Assembly: GCA_905178155.1 (NCBI GenBank)
Contig: CAJINV010000014.1
Span: 2,077,888 to 2,141,887, forward strand
Direction of reading: 5' to 3'
From: Amoebophrya sp. A120
Lineage: Eukaryota; Protista; Dinoflagellata
Length of the DNA stretch: 64,000 nt
Below the pieces are notes generated by a model. The model ran no database searches. It saw only the letters and a list, made by a program, of their open reading frames with translations, and was not told where the DNA came from. The translations under genes and the position numbers were made by a program. This document shows positions 35,226 through 47,138 of the stretch, in pieces (position 1 is the first letter of the stretch; each line of letters begins with the position of its first letter).

Positions 35226-36887
35226 AGCGCCCTCAGAAGACGAAAAGCTGACAGAAGGGTCGGCCCCCGATCACTGGGCGACGATATGGAAGGGCCGAAG
35301 GGTTCCCATGTTGCTCGCGCTTCATCGTTGGGCCCTTTTTTCTATTCATTTGCCGCAGAGCCGTACAAGTTTAAAGCCAGAAACCTCAAGCAGCTCGCGT
35401 GCGCACTTCGCTCTGTAGTATGCAGAAAGTCCCTCTGTTGTGGCGGCGCTAGTACACGAGCAGAACAGGCAGCGGGCGCGCGCGGGGGGCAGGCGAAGGC
35501 ATGGGACACCGGAGGGCCCACAGGACAGGGCATCGACCCCCCCCTCCGGGGGGGGGGCAAAAGGGGGGGCGATTTGGCATGAATTCTGCCGCTTTTTGGG
35601 GGGGGGGCAATTTTGGCCCTTCCCCCGATGCTACAGGGGGGGGGTAAAATGGGCCATTTTGTGGCCGAAAATACCCCCCCCCCCAAAAGGGGGAGGAATT
35701 CGTCGGAAAAAATGGCCCCGGCCGCCCCCCCATTCGAGGGGGGGGGCAAACAAGCCCGGCGGGCGCGGCCCTGATTTCGCGCGACGCGCGCAGGCCGCGC
35801 GCGGCAAGCGCCAGGCCCCCGGCGGGCGCAGGGCAGGGAATGTGCCCGGGGCTTTGCCTTCCGCCCCTGGCCCGGCTTGGGCGGCCGGCGGCCCAACGGG
35901 CCCATGCCGAGGCCAGGGCGGACAACCGGGCGCCCTGCGGCCCGCATCGGGCCAGAATGGCGCGCAAATTCACCAAAGCCCGGGCCTTGGCTCTATAGCG
36001 GGCCGAAAAATGGCCCCAGGCAGAAGAAAAATGCTAAAGGAGAGAAGCCAAACGGAAAGGGGTGGCCCCCCTCTGCGCGCTGCACAGCGAAAACCCAAGC
36101 GGGGCGCGCAAAAAAAGCGCGCCTGTTTTCCTTCAGACACGAGCCAACGCGGCACTTTTTGGGTCCGCGGGGGCCTCCGAACAAGGGAAAAACGAGCGTG
36201 CCACCGTGTCTGAAGAAGAACAGGCAGAGGCCCTGCAGGCCATCGAGGCCGGCCCGCGGCGCCTGTGCCTCTTTGGCGCGCCACTAGTGGCGCGCTTGGC
36301 CTTTTTCGCCCCGCCCCCAGGCGCCCCATAGGCCAGGGCAGCCCGGCGCATTTCCCGACCCCCGGAGAAATGCAAAAGTGGGCAGAAATACTGCCCGCGC
36401 GCGCCAGATCTCGAAAAGCGCCTCGGGCGCGGGGCCTATGCCCACCGGCGCCGTTTCCGGGTGAAACAGTGCCCCTCCCGTGCTCTGCCCCCCGTCCTAA
36501 CACTCTGAACGCGCTGCCCCCGCGTCAAGAAGCCGTATAGGGCGCAAGCATTTCTTTTCGAACCAACTGAAGGGCAACAGCTTATTTTTTCCAGTTCAAA
36601 AGACATTGACATTTTCCCGGCTTGATAAGTTTTTGGCAACGCGGAATCTTTGCCCGGATGCGATTCCGTCAACTGTGATCGGTCTGGTGCACATTACTGT
36701 TTTCCTCAGAGCTGACACCCGATGTGTGCCACAGACAGTTTGAAAAAATCACGAATGTATGAAGTTGTTGTTTGTATTGCTCAAAATATTTATCTACGAA
36801 ACCAAATTTGTGATGCGTGCTGTTGTCAAGTTTCTCGTTGCGCCTCCTCTACGGCTGAAGTAGAGGAGTCCTGTTTCGTCTAGACCT

Positions 36888-37841
36888 CTACTTCTCGTTC
36901 TCGGCATCATCGTCCGAGAAGTCGCCGCCATTCTCCTCCTCATCCTTGCCCCCGACATTGTTCTCTTTTTCCCAAGAGTCTTCCTCGCTCAGCGACTCCT
37001 GCATCATGTCCTCCATTTCCTGCTCATCCTGGTGCTTATCTTCCAGTGGGGCGGCCGCGGACGAAGAGCTGCTGCCTCCCCCCGTCCGGGAGCAAAAGCG
37101 CTTCAACTGCGGGGTCTGGGAGTTGTACGGGGAAAATCTAGACACAAGCATGTAGAAGCACTTAAGATTGTTTTATGCATGGCAGACGTTCTAAGTGCTG
37201 CGATTTTCGCATGACAAATGCAGGAAAAATAGTAAGCCTCATCAATACCGGGGCGCGCTCCTCTTTTTCCCGTTTCGCCGCCCCCATGGGGAGGCGGTCG
37301 CGGAGAAACTTGCACACCGCCGGAACGCGCTTGTCTTCGATGGGGTGGCACCGTTTCAGCTTCATGCGGTCCACCAGCTTCGCCTGGCCCTTTCTTTCGA
37401 TGTAAATTCTCGCCGCCTCCTTCGACTCCACCATTCCGCTGCCCGCGAGCAAATCGATGAAGGTCGGTTTGTGTTGCTCCATCGCCAGTTCGTCGTAATC
37501 TGTCATGCATTGAAGATGGTATTGAAGGGGGTGGGAAGATGTCGAATTTGTCATGCAGAATGCCAGAAGGTAGGCCCGAGGGTCCGCAGGTCATGCTCGT
37601 CATGCGGAAAAATTAAAAAAATACATTTCAAGTTGCTGGGAATTTCCTTCTTCAACTTCGTCGGCGCCATCACATACTCCTCGGAGGCCTTCTGCAGCAG
37701 GTCCTGGAAGGGCTTGATTTCCTTGTCGTCCTCCAAGCGAATGCGGTTGAGGACATTCTTCAGGTCCGCGAGGGAGGACGGCTCGAACACTTCCTTCACG
37801 GAAGTGGCGGCGCCCTTTTTGTTGCTGCCGGTCTTGGCCAT
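36888..37841 (-). CDS. unknown transposon-borne protein (K/E-rich, helical; 2 introns)
   Basis: MAKTGSNKKG... exon, GT-AG intron 37500-37624 joining to YDELAMEQHK..., second intron near 37140-37248; frame of last exon unresolved. Confidence 0.6.
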
Positions 37842-38934
37842 TTTGTAATCGGTGCGTAGTGCACGAAGTTAGCCACCTCAAAGAGAGTTAGCGGAAGGCG
37901 CAGACTGTTCTGCAAGGAGGAGATCCAAACTTTTTCGCGCCACGATACAAATCAGAGTTCTCGACGAAGCTAAACGATCCAAACCACGACGATGCGCTCA
38001 CACAAAACACAAAATCGCCGCACAAACACAGGCGGGAGTTCTTAAATTTGGTCCGCAGCCAGGTAGCAGAACGAACACAGATACTAGCAAAGCGGGCGGC
38101 AAGCTTCAGGGCTTGGCAATAACTGGCCGAGGCCGCTGGCTGCCATCGATCCTTAGCTGCGCGGGCGCCTGCACAGAAGCGGCCTACTCTGCTTCGGCTC
38201 TCAGGCGCGGGTGGTTGCGCGAGGGCCAGCCGGGCCTTCCACCGCCCGCCCGAAGCACCCTCGACCACCCCGAGGGGCGGTCGGGGGGCGGTCGGGGCCG
38301 ACAGGAGATTCGCAGCGGGAGGGCGCCAAGCAAGGCCCACGGGGCTCCCGGCCCCCCAAGCATGCCGGCAGGCGCACGAAGAGGCGACGGCGCGGCGCCT
38401 CCGCACCTGTAGAGGGGCGCGCGTTTTCGGGCGCACTTTTGCCAGGAGAGGCGCCGCGCGCGCGGTGCTTGCTGCAGTGCTTCGGCACCCCCGGCGGGGA
38501 CCGGCGCGCCGGGGGCAGGGCGACGGCGCGCGGGCCGGGCCTGGGGGCGAGGTCTGGGGCAGTCCGGGCTCGGCAAACCGGGCCGCCAAAACGCATCGGC
38601 AAGGGGCCGGGCCGAGAGCCAACACCGCCGGGCCCTGCCGCCGGCTGTAAGGCAGTGGGCACTGCATGCCCGCATCGCCGCGGCACAAGAACATCGGCCA
38701 GGCGCCGCAGACGCGGGCGCGGCTGCGAAGGACGGCGCACAACCCCGGGCGCGGGGCGGGGCAGGAGGGGCGGGGGGTTGGGATCTCAAGGCGCGGATAT
38801 TCCGCTTTCTATCGTGTGCCTCTGCTCATATACTACTTACAGCGTGCAATGCCTCAACTCTTTAAGAACACCCTGACAAAATTTTTTTACGCTAAGAAAC
38901 CACACGCGGCAATTGGATTCCACTAGCAGAGAAA

Positions 38935-39966
38935 ATGGCAACAGGCAAGGGCATCCGAGGCCAGGCGCGGGCCCTCACCGCCGAGGAGTTTGCCGCAATA
39001 TTCGAGAAACTCCCGACGCCTCACGACCTCGCTTGGCTACTCTCCTACGCACTAATGGCGCCGGCGGCGGAGGTGCTACAGCTCCAGCGGGAGGACTTTG
39101 AGTCACACCCGGGCGCCGTTCGCCTCGTCGGGCTTACCGGGAACAAACGGAAGCCGCGCATCGTCCCCATTGCCGGGGAGGTGGCTCGGGTGGTTGCGGA
39201 TGCTTTGGCGGGGCGGTACACCTACAAGAACACCACCTACAAAAAAGGGAAGGCGTTCGGCTTCGCTCCTGCCGGGCAGCCCGCCATTCCCCTCCGGCCT
39301 CAGTCATACCGCAACGCGCTTGCGGCGGCGCAATCGAACAGCGGCGGGGGAGCGCGGTTGGCGACGTCACACTCCGCAAAGAGGACCGGCATGACCCTGG
39401 CGGAACAGGCCGGCCACGCGGTACGCAAATGTCTTTGCTTTATTTTTGAGAGGCCCGCGCGCCTGGCGGGGCATAGCCGGCCCGGCAGCGCGGCCAGGCG
39501 CTGCGGCGGCACATATAGGAGGCGCAGGCAGCCCCGCGCCCGGGCTCTTGCTTGGCGCGGCGCCAAACAAGACCCCGCGGCGGCCACCGCCCCACAGCTT
39601 GGGAACCCGTGGCCCGCCGGGGTCCAATGTCATGCAGTAAGCGCGCGCGCGGAGCAAAAATCCTCCAAAACCACAAAACAGGGGCGCGACGTGCGGGGCG
39701 TTTCGGGGCACAAGACCGAAACCGAATACGCCAAATACATTCAAAGCGCCCGGGCGGGCGAAATTGCAGAAGACATCGCCGCCGACTTCCACGCGGGGCG
39801 CGCCGGCGGATGGCGGGACTGGGCCCGACCCCTCTCTCGGTGGCGGCGCAGTGCTGCGGCGCAGGCGGCGGGGGACGTGGCCTTGCTAATTTTGCTCCTC
39901 TTGGCGGGGGTACAAATCTGCCTCATTACCTGGCTGGCCGTGCTGCTCGGCCGCCTGCAACAATGA
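38935..39966 (+). CDS. tyrosine recombinase-fold protein with substituted catalytic Arg residues and C-terminal hydrophobic helix
   Basis: RALTAEE; box I LSYALMAPAAEVLQL; KRKPRIVPI; SHSAKRT; after in-frame GT-AG intron 39421-39681, VSGHKTETEYAKYI. Confidence 0.8.
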   Translation: MATGKGIRGQARALTAEEFAAIFEKLPTPHDLAWLLSYALMAPAAEVLQLQREDFESHPGAVRLVGLTGNKRKPRIVPIAGEVARVVADALAGRYTYKNTTYKKGKAFGFAPAGQPAIPLRPQSYRNALAAAQSNSGGGARLATSHSAKRTGMTLAEQAGHAVRKCLCFIFERPARLAGHSRPGSAARRCGGTYRRRRQPRARALAWRGAKQDPAAATAPQLGNPWPAGVQCHAVSARAEQKSSKTTKQGRDVRGVSGHKTETEYAKYIQSARAGEIAEDIAADFHAGRAGGWRDWARPLSRWRRSAAAQAAGDVALLILLLLAGVQICLITWLAVLLGRLQQ

Positions 39967-40510
39967 GGCGGGCACAGACAACAGGCGGAGCCAGCGCCCC
40001 CAGGCTGAGGAAGTGGCTGCCCGGGTTGCGGCGCGCGCGTGCGGAGGCGGCAGCGCAGTTCAATGTCGGTTCTGTAAAGGCGCAATACGAAACGGACGAA
40101 ACGAGTGGGATCCTGCAGAGGACCGAAGCCTCGGGACGAAAACAAAAACCATAACCGAGGTGCAGAAGCCGGCGTGTTATCGGTGTCGAATGCAAAATGA
40201 TTGGCCCCCTGTTGCGGAGGTGGTAGAGAGTGCGGCGGGATACGCGACGTGGCATCAATATAGTTGATGCCCCCAATTATCAACTATTTTGGGGCCCCCC
40301 CTTTGAAGGTGTTCTGCCAAACATGTACTTCGGCCGTTTTTCCGGTCTAACTTGATAAGCGGGAAGTCGCTATTCTATTGTCGTAGTCGTATGTCCTCGA
40401 GTGCCATTCGTTTTTCCGAATTACTGTGATTCTGTCGTGAGTCAAGAAGTATATCAGGAGTCTAAGTACCATGTAGCTCTAGCTGCAGCTCTTGCTCTAC
40501 AACTACTACA

Positions 40511-42514
40511 TCAAATAAAGTAGTCGGGCATGAGGCGGAGTTTTGGATTTGGAGCGTGCTGGGTCGCGCCCAAGGCGGAGGAACTCGTTGGCGACAGCGG
40601 CAAATCGCTCTTCCCTTCGAGCGGCTCGTTCTCGGGCGCGGCGTCAAACTGCAACACCGTGTACTTGAGGTGCTCGTCTATTTCCATCACCGCGCCGCGG
40701 TTGCCGCTATGGAACTGTCAGGATTGAAATTAACAAAGTTGAAATTATATTTTGTGATGCATAAAATCTATACCAGTTGGACCCACAGTTTCCAATCGGC
40801 GCATGAGAAATTTTCCTGGCCTCTGAAGCAAGTCTGTCATGCTGTTTAGGGAAAAATGGCTGCTCCCTGTCATGCTAGTCAGCAGCCCAACTCTTTCTCT
40901 TGACCCTTACCAGCGCTAGAATCTGCCTCCCTTGCGCCTTCAGCAATAGAGTCAGTCTTTGCGTCGCATTTTATGCATGGCAAATCATTTCAACTTTGTC
41001 GATTTCAACTCTGACACATCCATAGCCGCACCGGCCGCAGTAGTTCGGCGCGGAAAAGATCGTGAGCACGTTCCGCTCGTGGGCCCAGCTGTAGCCGTCC
41101 ATGACCAGTTGGTGCGCGCGGGCGATAAGTCGCAGGTTGTTCTGGTGGTTCCAGTTTTCCGAGACGTCCTGCCCGAAAATGAATCCCGCGCCCCGCGGAC
41201 TGATGCCCCACCCGGTGATTTCGTCCGGGTCCGACCAGAGGATGTCGCAGATCGGGCCCTCGTGCGGGACCTCGATAAACCGGTTCAGGTTTCGCAGGTC
41301 GTCCAGCGTTTCGATGCTCGGGGAGAGGCCGGCGTGCGGACAGAAGATCTGGTCCTCGATGAGCGCGGTGAGGGGGAGGGAATCAAACGCGTTCATGAAC
41401 GCGTTCCACACCGTGGGAGACCCGTAGGTGCGCATGCACTCGTCGAAAAACCCATACACCTGCGTCACTTGTCGGCTCTCGTGGTTGCCGCGTAGCAGGA
41501 AAACCATGTCCGGGAATCTGAAGGGGCAAGAGGTTTTCATTTTCTATCTTTTTCTTTCTGATTGCATCAATATACGCATGACAAGAAACGTCCTTCCTAG
41601 TAATCCGAAGCTCATCAACCAGCATGATGATTTTGCAAAGAAATGAAGCCTCTAGCATAAAAAAATGCGAAGAAGTGTGGTAGCTTGTCGGTCAAAAATA
41701 TACCTCATCTTGTAGAGAAACACCAACGTCGCCGTGAGCACGGAGTGGTAACCTCGATCTACGTAGTCGCCCAGGAATAAGAGTATCCAAAGAAAAAGAA
41801 TTTTACAGTTACAAATTGTTTGTGGCAGCATCAACACTGATGTCCCTGCATGGCAGAAAATAACACTGGGAACGCGGAGATCATGAGGGAAAACACGCAT
41901 GAAGCGAGGGCAGTATTAGTATAGCATTTGCTGCATGACATAGCGATAGCTATATTTGTCTTGCTTGCCACGCAACACAAGGTCGCGTAACTGTTTACAA
42001 TTTTTTCGCAGGATAAAGAGGTTTTGTTCCGGGGGTGCACCCTGGATCTTGAGCAGTTCCTTCAAATCCGTAAACTGGCCGTGGATGTCGCCGATCACCG
42101 AAATCGGGCATTTTACGGCGGCCACATTGGACTTATGCAATACAAAAGCAAGTACTTTGGACTATGTGTAAGTCGACACATGGAAAACAATTTATTTATC
42201 AGAAGTACAACGACTAACGTATGGATTTTTTCGCCGTGCGGATTTACCTTTACGTATAGAGAGAAAATAAATGCGTCATGCAATCAAACTAACATGCAAT
42301 TTCAAAGTACAAAGTACAACTTTTATCGCAGAGGATAGGACTCCTCGCGGAGCAGTTGCTCCGTTCGGGACACAATTTCTATCAGCTCTGGTTCCTTCAG
42401 CACCTGCATGCCGAGCACTTGCTCGATCTTCCCGTCAATGGTTGCCTGCTCGACCGTCGAGAGCCGACTGCTTTTCGGCTCCGCGGCCAGAAGCCGGGGC
42501 TCCAGAAGAACCAT
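40511..42514 (-). CDS. Ser/Thr protein phosphatase 2A-type catalytic subunit (4 introns)
   Basis: [64 protein letters not shown]-terminal PDYFI. Confidence 0.92.
40708..41024. mobile_element. introner family A
   Basis: DR GCCGC; restores RCG|NRG. Confidence 0.9.
41784..42015. mobile_element. introner-like intron
   Basis: TATCC...GGATA, DR AAGAG; restores NL|LFLGD. Confidence 0.85.
42134..42337. mobile_element. introner-like intron
   Basis: TATGC...GGATA, DR GGACT; restores EES|NV. Confidence 0.85.
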
Positions 42515-43774
42515 GGTCTATAGTTGTCGCTTTTTAGTCGTATTAATTGAAAACCAAAATTCCTTTCAATGTCCTTCAGATTCTTAGAACATCACTGACG
42601 CTAAGGCGAAAAAAAACGGAGAAAGCGGATACATTCATGGGGCGTAACGAAAGCGATTTCATTGTCGTCAATATCATTATAAACCTGCTACTGCTTCTGC
42701 TTCTCCCGGCGTAGTAAAGAGTTCTTTCGCTATAGAAATTATGGTCACACTCTCCTACTAAGCAATCGACTACTTACAGGAAACAAAGCCACACATATGC
42801 ATATCGTCTGCTGGCGGTTTCAACTAATTATAACATCCCAGGGGTTTTAGCAGTACAAGAATTCTAGGTCTCACATTCACAGTCACAAGCCTGCTTCTTG
42901 TCGGAAGAAAGAGAATTCGCTCGTTGCATTCGAAAATTATAGAGAAAAAAAAGAAATATATTGACTCCATCTTCATCTCCATCGTATGCCTTGTCTAAGA
43001 TTTGGCTGTTGCAGATCCATACACCAGTTAGAGTGTCACAACTATTCGTCCAACAAGCTTGTCTTCGTGTTTTGATCGCACTAATCGCCTTCCTGATCCT
43101 CGTCTTCTCGGAGCGGGCTGCAACCACGCTACACTCATCTTCTTATGTTCTGTTTCATCAAATTAGGCATACAACATACATGAAAGTCGAAGTGATAAGT
43201 ATGTTGAGCATAGAAGTTTTTTTCTTTCTGAGGAAAAAAAAAACTTGGACAACGAGGAACTCCGGGTCAATCGCAAGGCGAGCCAACATGTCGAGAACGA
43301 AGCAGCCTTTATCTAGGCACGGCTTCGGCGTCGCCAACCGACCCCTGCAGATCACAGCTGCCCCTCTTCAAGGTGGTGCGTGGGGCCGCGCGGGCATCCA
43401 CTCATCTTCACGGGTGCTCGCTCCTTTCCGTAAAGGAAGCAATCACGATCTTTCCGAGTCATGTTCGATGGGTTTGTTGTTTTGAAAAAGTAAAAGTCGT
43501 CTTCATCCTGCGGGCAGAATTTTCATCACTTTTCACATCGACGAACCATCCGCCTCCACGAGCTGTATGTAGTTCCTTGTCGTCCTCCAATGATCTGCAG
43601 GACGGATGGCCGTCTGGTCGCTCTGTAGTCGACCACGTGAAGAACCTCTGATGTTGATGGGTTCTTCATCTCAGTAGACGTAGACCACAACGACATGCGG
43701 GCTTCACGAGGACAACGTTATGTCGCCAAGAAAATTCTGATCCCGCGGCGGCGTGTTGTAAGTAGTTCGTCTAC

Positions 43775-45207
43775 CTAGTACTCCAACGGCGCTGGCAAAC
43801 GGTTGATCACGGATTCGATCTCGGCGGCGGAATAAAGATGGTACTTTTTCGTTGATGTTGGTATCTTGGCGACTTCAATGTTCGTCGTCGTCATTTTCTC
43901 CTCCATCATCTGATTTTTTCATTGTAATCATAATGTCGCAGTTGCTCCACTTGATGTGATTATGATGTGTATATTAATGCACGACAAATCGTCTTCGTCA
44001 CATCATCTCCATGCTTGACTAGCTCGGGCTTGCATGACAAAGTTAGCACCAGCACGAGGTCACTCATCGTACCTGTCTGAGAATTCCGACTCCGACGATC
44101 TCCGCCTCTGCTAAAGTCATGTCCGCTTTGTATTGCTCGGACAGGAGTGATGTCGCGCCTTCCTGCGCACTGCCAATCGCGGCGGCAGTGTATTCGGTGC
44201 AACTGCAATCGTGATGTAAATGTTGAAACAATGAAAAACATAGGTCAATTTGCAGAAAATCAAGTTTTGCTATGCATACCATTCTCGTTGTCCGGGCTCT
44301 TGTGTGCAACGCAAGTGCAACATACGTGTGTGCGTGCAAGTCGCACAGAATGAATGTCGTGCGTGTATCCACCAAAAGGTTCAGATTGCATTTGAACAAA
44401 AAAAAACACTTACGTTCCACTCGGATCCGTGACCCACAGTGCTGGTTTTCCGTCGTCATTTACGCCGCCAACAAGCATGGCTACGCCGAATGGCCGGCTC
44501 ATGGTTTTTTTTCTCCTTCCATCAGTGACATCGGCGAAATCCAAGGCGAGGTCAGCAATCTGTTGTTAGATGGATGTCTTTTGTTTTGCTATAAGTAATT
44601 GTAATCCATTCTGATTAGCAACGTGGTCCGAGGTGGTTGCCGTCGTGAGATTTGCATTAGCGCATACATAAAAAGGAGTTGAAATTCTCTATGTAACCAA
44701 AAGCACATAAAAATTCTACCGCATTCACACAGGACTCAATTGAGAGTGGTTCGTTGTAGGTGAACCAGTGCGACTGCGCCTCGTTTCTCGCGTGGTCTAC
44801 GAGCATCCTTGCGTCCGCTAACAGCCCCGCCGTTGCGCACCCGACGTGATGGTCAATTTCGAACACTTTTTGGATCGTTTTGGGGACGATAAGGGAGTTC
44901 GCTAGCTTCTTCTCCACGACAAGGAGCACACCCTCTTTTGTAACCAAGCCGATCGCAGTGGTGCCCAGTTTGATGGCTTGGATGGCGTACCTGTGGGTGA
45001 GGAAAGTGTCGAAAATGAGATTGTCATGCGAAATTACAAAACCACGACCCACGGATCAAAAATCTTACACGCGTCTACATGTTCTTCTTCATGACGAGAG
45101 TCGCAAGCTGAAAGAGTCGAAAGGTTATGTATGTACTCAAGCTGAAAAAGCCGGCCCGCTGGACTCCAGGTCCCGACGCTGCGATCGTATTCGCTTTTGC
45201 CCGCCAT
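43775..45207 (-). CDS. PSMA5: 20S proteasome subunit alpha type-5 (multi-exon)
   Basis: [68 protein letters not shown], MEEKM. Confidence 0.92.
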
Positions 45208-46518
45208 TATGAAGGCTGCAGAAGGAGACTAAGATCGAGATTTCTCTTCTTGCCAACCGACACAACCTCCCGTTTGTCCGATAATTCCAAATTTGTACTA
45301 CGGTTTCTTCTTCTATTGGCAGAGCCGTCGCGTGTACTGGCGTTGCTCCCAACTGTGATAGGCCGTCGCTTACTGATGAGTCGTCGCGGTGTGTTAAACA
45401 GGTCGTGAATAATGTTATTCCCGAGGGTGATCTGTGGAATTCTTCTATCAAACGAGTGCTAGGTGTTTAAAATACCTTGTACTACAAGAGCTGGCTGTGA
45501 TACTCAAAAGGGTTTTGATTTTCCTTGTCGCTAATTGTTTTTTGGAAAAAGAAACAAACTTAAACTTTGTTCTGCGTTCGACTTCTAAATCGAAGGGTGA
45601 TGCTCAATTCAAAAAATTTTTCGTCTGTTATTTTTTTACTGAGTGCCGCTGGTTCCGAGGCGGAATCATTAAATTATGTTGTTACAGCAGTATATCAAGC
45701 GTGCCATGGATCCTCAATATTAAGTCGTGTTCCTCTGACAAAAATCTGGATCTTTCGTCTTTCTGGCAACACTGTCGACGCGCTTTTCTGACTAATCGTA
45801 AAGAAATGGAACTGCGACACTAGCAACTACATGCCTGGAGCAGTGGCGAGCTGAAGCGCTTGTTTGAGTATGATCGTTTTCAAAGCTGCTCCTGCGAGCT
45901 AGCGAATGCGAAACATCAAGTTGATGCAAGAAGGCAGAACACAATACTTCGCGGTCCATGCCTATTTTCCAAACCGCGTTTTCTTTTTGCACGGTTGGTT
46001 TTGCTTCTTTGTTTCATCCTTATCGCAGGACTTCAACTACAACATCGTACTATGTATACACTGATCAAATAGAAGAAGCAGCTGATACAAGAATTCGAAA
46101 CAATTCGGTACAAGAAGTTCATTTTGGGCAGAATGTGAAGCAGAAACAAAACCAGCAGAAACAGGCTATGTGAAGATCAAAATTACTTCTAGAAGAAGCT
46201 ACGTCCTTCTGTAGTACTTGATAGAAAGAGGCGGGAAGGACAAGACGGCACGCTGAAAATCCCTTCCGCTTCCTCGATAGCAGTTTCCTTGCCATGGATG
46301 ATCTGATATAGTCTGTCACGACACGACCATCACCACCAGTAGTTGCTGAATACAATAAATATTTAATATTTGCAGTTCAACATCATGTAGGTCGTGTTCC
46401 CTTCTTTCATATGATCAAGCAGTCGGTTTTGTACAAGTGGAAATTTCATCTCCGCACCATCGACCTCGACAACAGCGCAAAAGCTCGACATTGGAGAATA
46501 TCCTGAAAAATCCGTTTC

Positions 46519-47138
46519 TTAGTTTTGCGCAGAAAAGGCGGACTTCTGGTTCCAGTCCCGCACGAACTCTTCCATCAGTTTCCTCGTTTGCGCGTAGACA
46601 TTTTCCGCCTCCTGGCGTGTCTGGACCGCTTGCGTTTTGGAATCCTTCGCGAGTTTCACGGAATCATCCACTTGAAGGAGTTTTTCTTCCAGCTTTTTGC
46701 TCTGCGACTGCAGAAATTCCGGACTGAGGCTCCGCTGGACAAAAGGGTGCGACTGGACCTGGTCGTGGTAACGATTTCATGTCTCTTCAAACATTTGCAT
46801 ATCGCGAAGGTTCATTTATTCTCGCAAAGATACACACTTAGACCATCGGCATTGAAGATGCGATTGAAAGAAATAATTTGAGCAGGGCGAGAGTAAGACC
46901 AGCTGCACTTTGAGAAGATATAAACAGATCTGCTCTCGTCTTCATCGTTATGCTGCAAAAAAACATGTACAGCTACCGGCTTGAATCCCGTCAGTTGCGG
47001 CACTGTCGTGTAAGCCGGCGGTGGCACAAGGCTGCTGTTGGCGGAAGCTGCCGCAGGAGGTAGGTGAAAAGTTGCTGATGCACCAGCTCCAGAAGGTCTG
47101 GTGCCGCGCCCGGGCGCGGCTGATGAGGCTGGAAGCAT
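46519..47138 (-). CDS. small hypothetical two-exon protein, coiled-coil-like
   Basis: MLPASSAAPG... exon and a downstream frame VQSHPFVQRSLSPEFLQSQSKKLEEKLLQVDDS...AQN*, joinable by a GT-AG intron. Confidence 0.4.

Larger units (their letters stand above)
30905..40349. mobile_element. 9.4-kb TIR DNA transposon: hAT-like DDE transposase, unknown ORF and tyrosine-recombinase-like gene
   Basis: ~42-bp TIR TAGACCRGAAAAACGGCCGAAGTACATGTTTGGCAG(G)AACAC at both ends; 7-bp TSD ACTTGAT at 30898-30904 and 40350-40356. Confidence 0.92.

Noticed and set aside
35342-36540. Overlapping Arg/Gly/Pro-rich ORFs, also at 37888-38900 and 53531-57214
   Set aside because: Stop-poor GC-rich DNA is open in several frames at once; no domain signal.
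38935-39966. Crypton, DIRS or prophage integrase interpretation
   Set aside because: The gene lies within a TIR/TSD-bounded DDE element, has a GT-AG intron, and no reverse transcriptase or phage genes are present.
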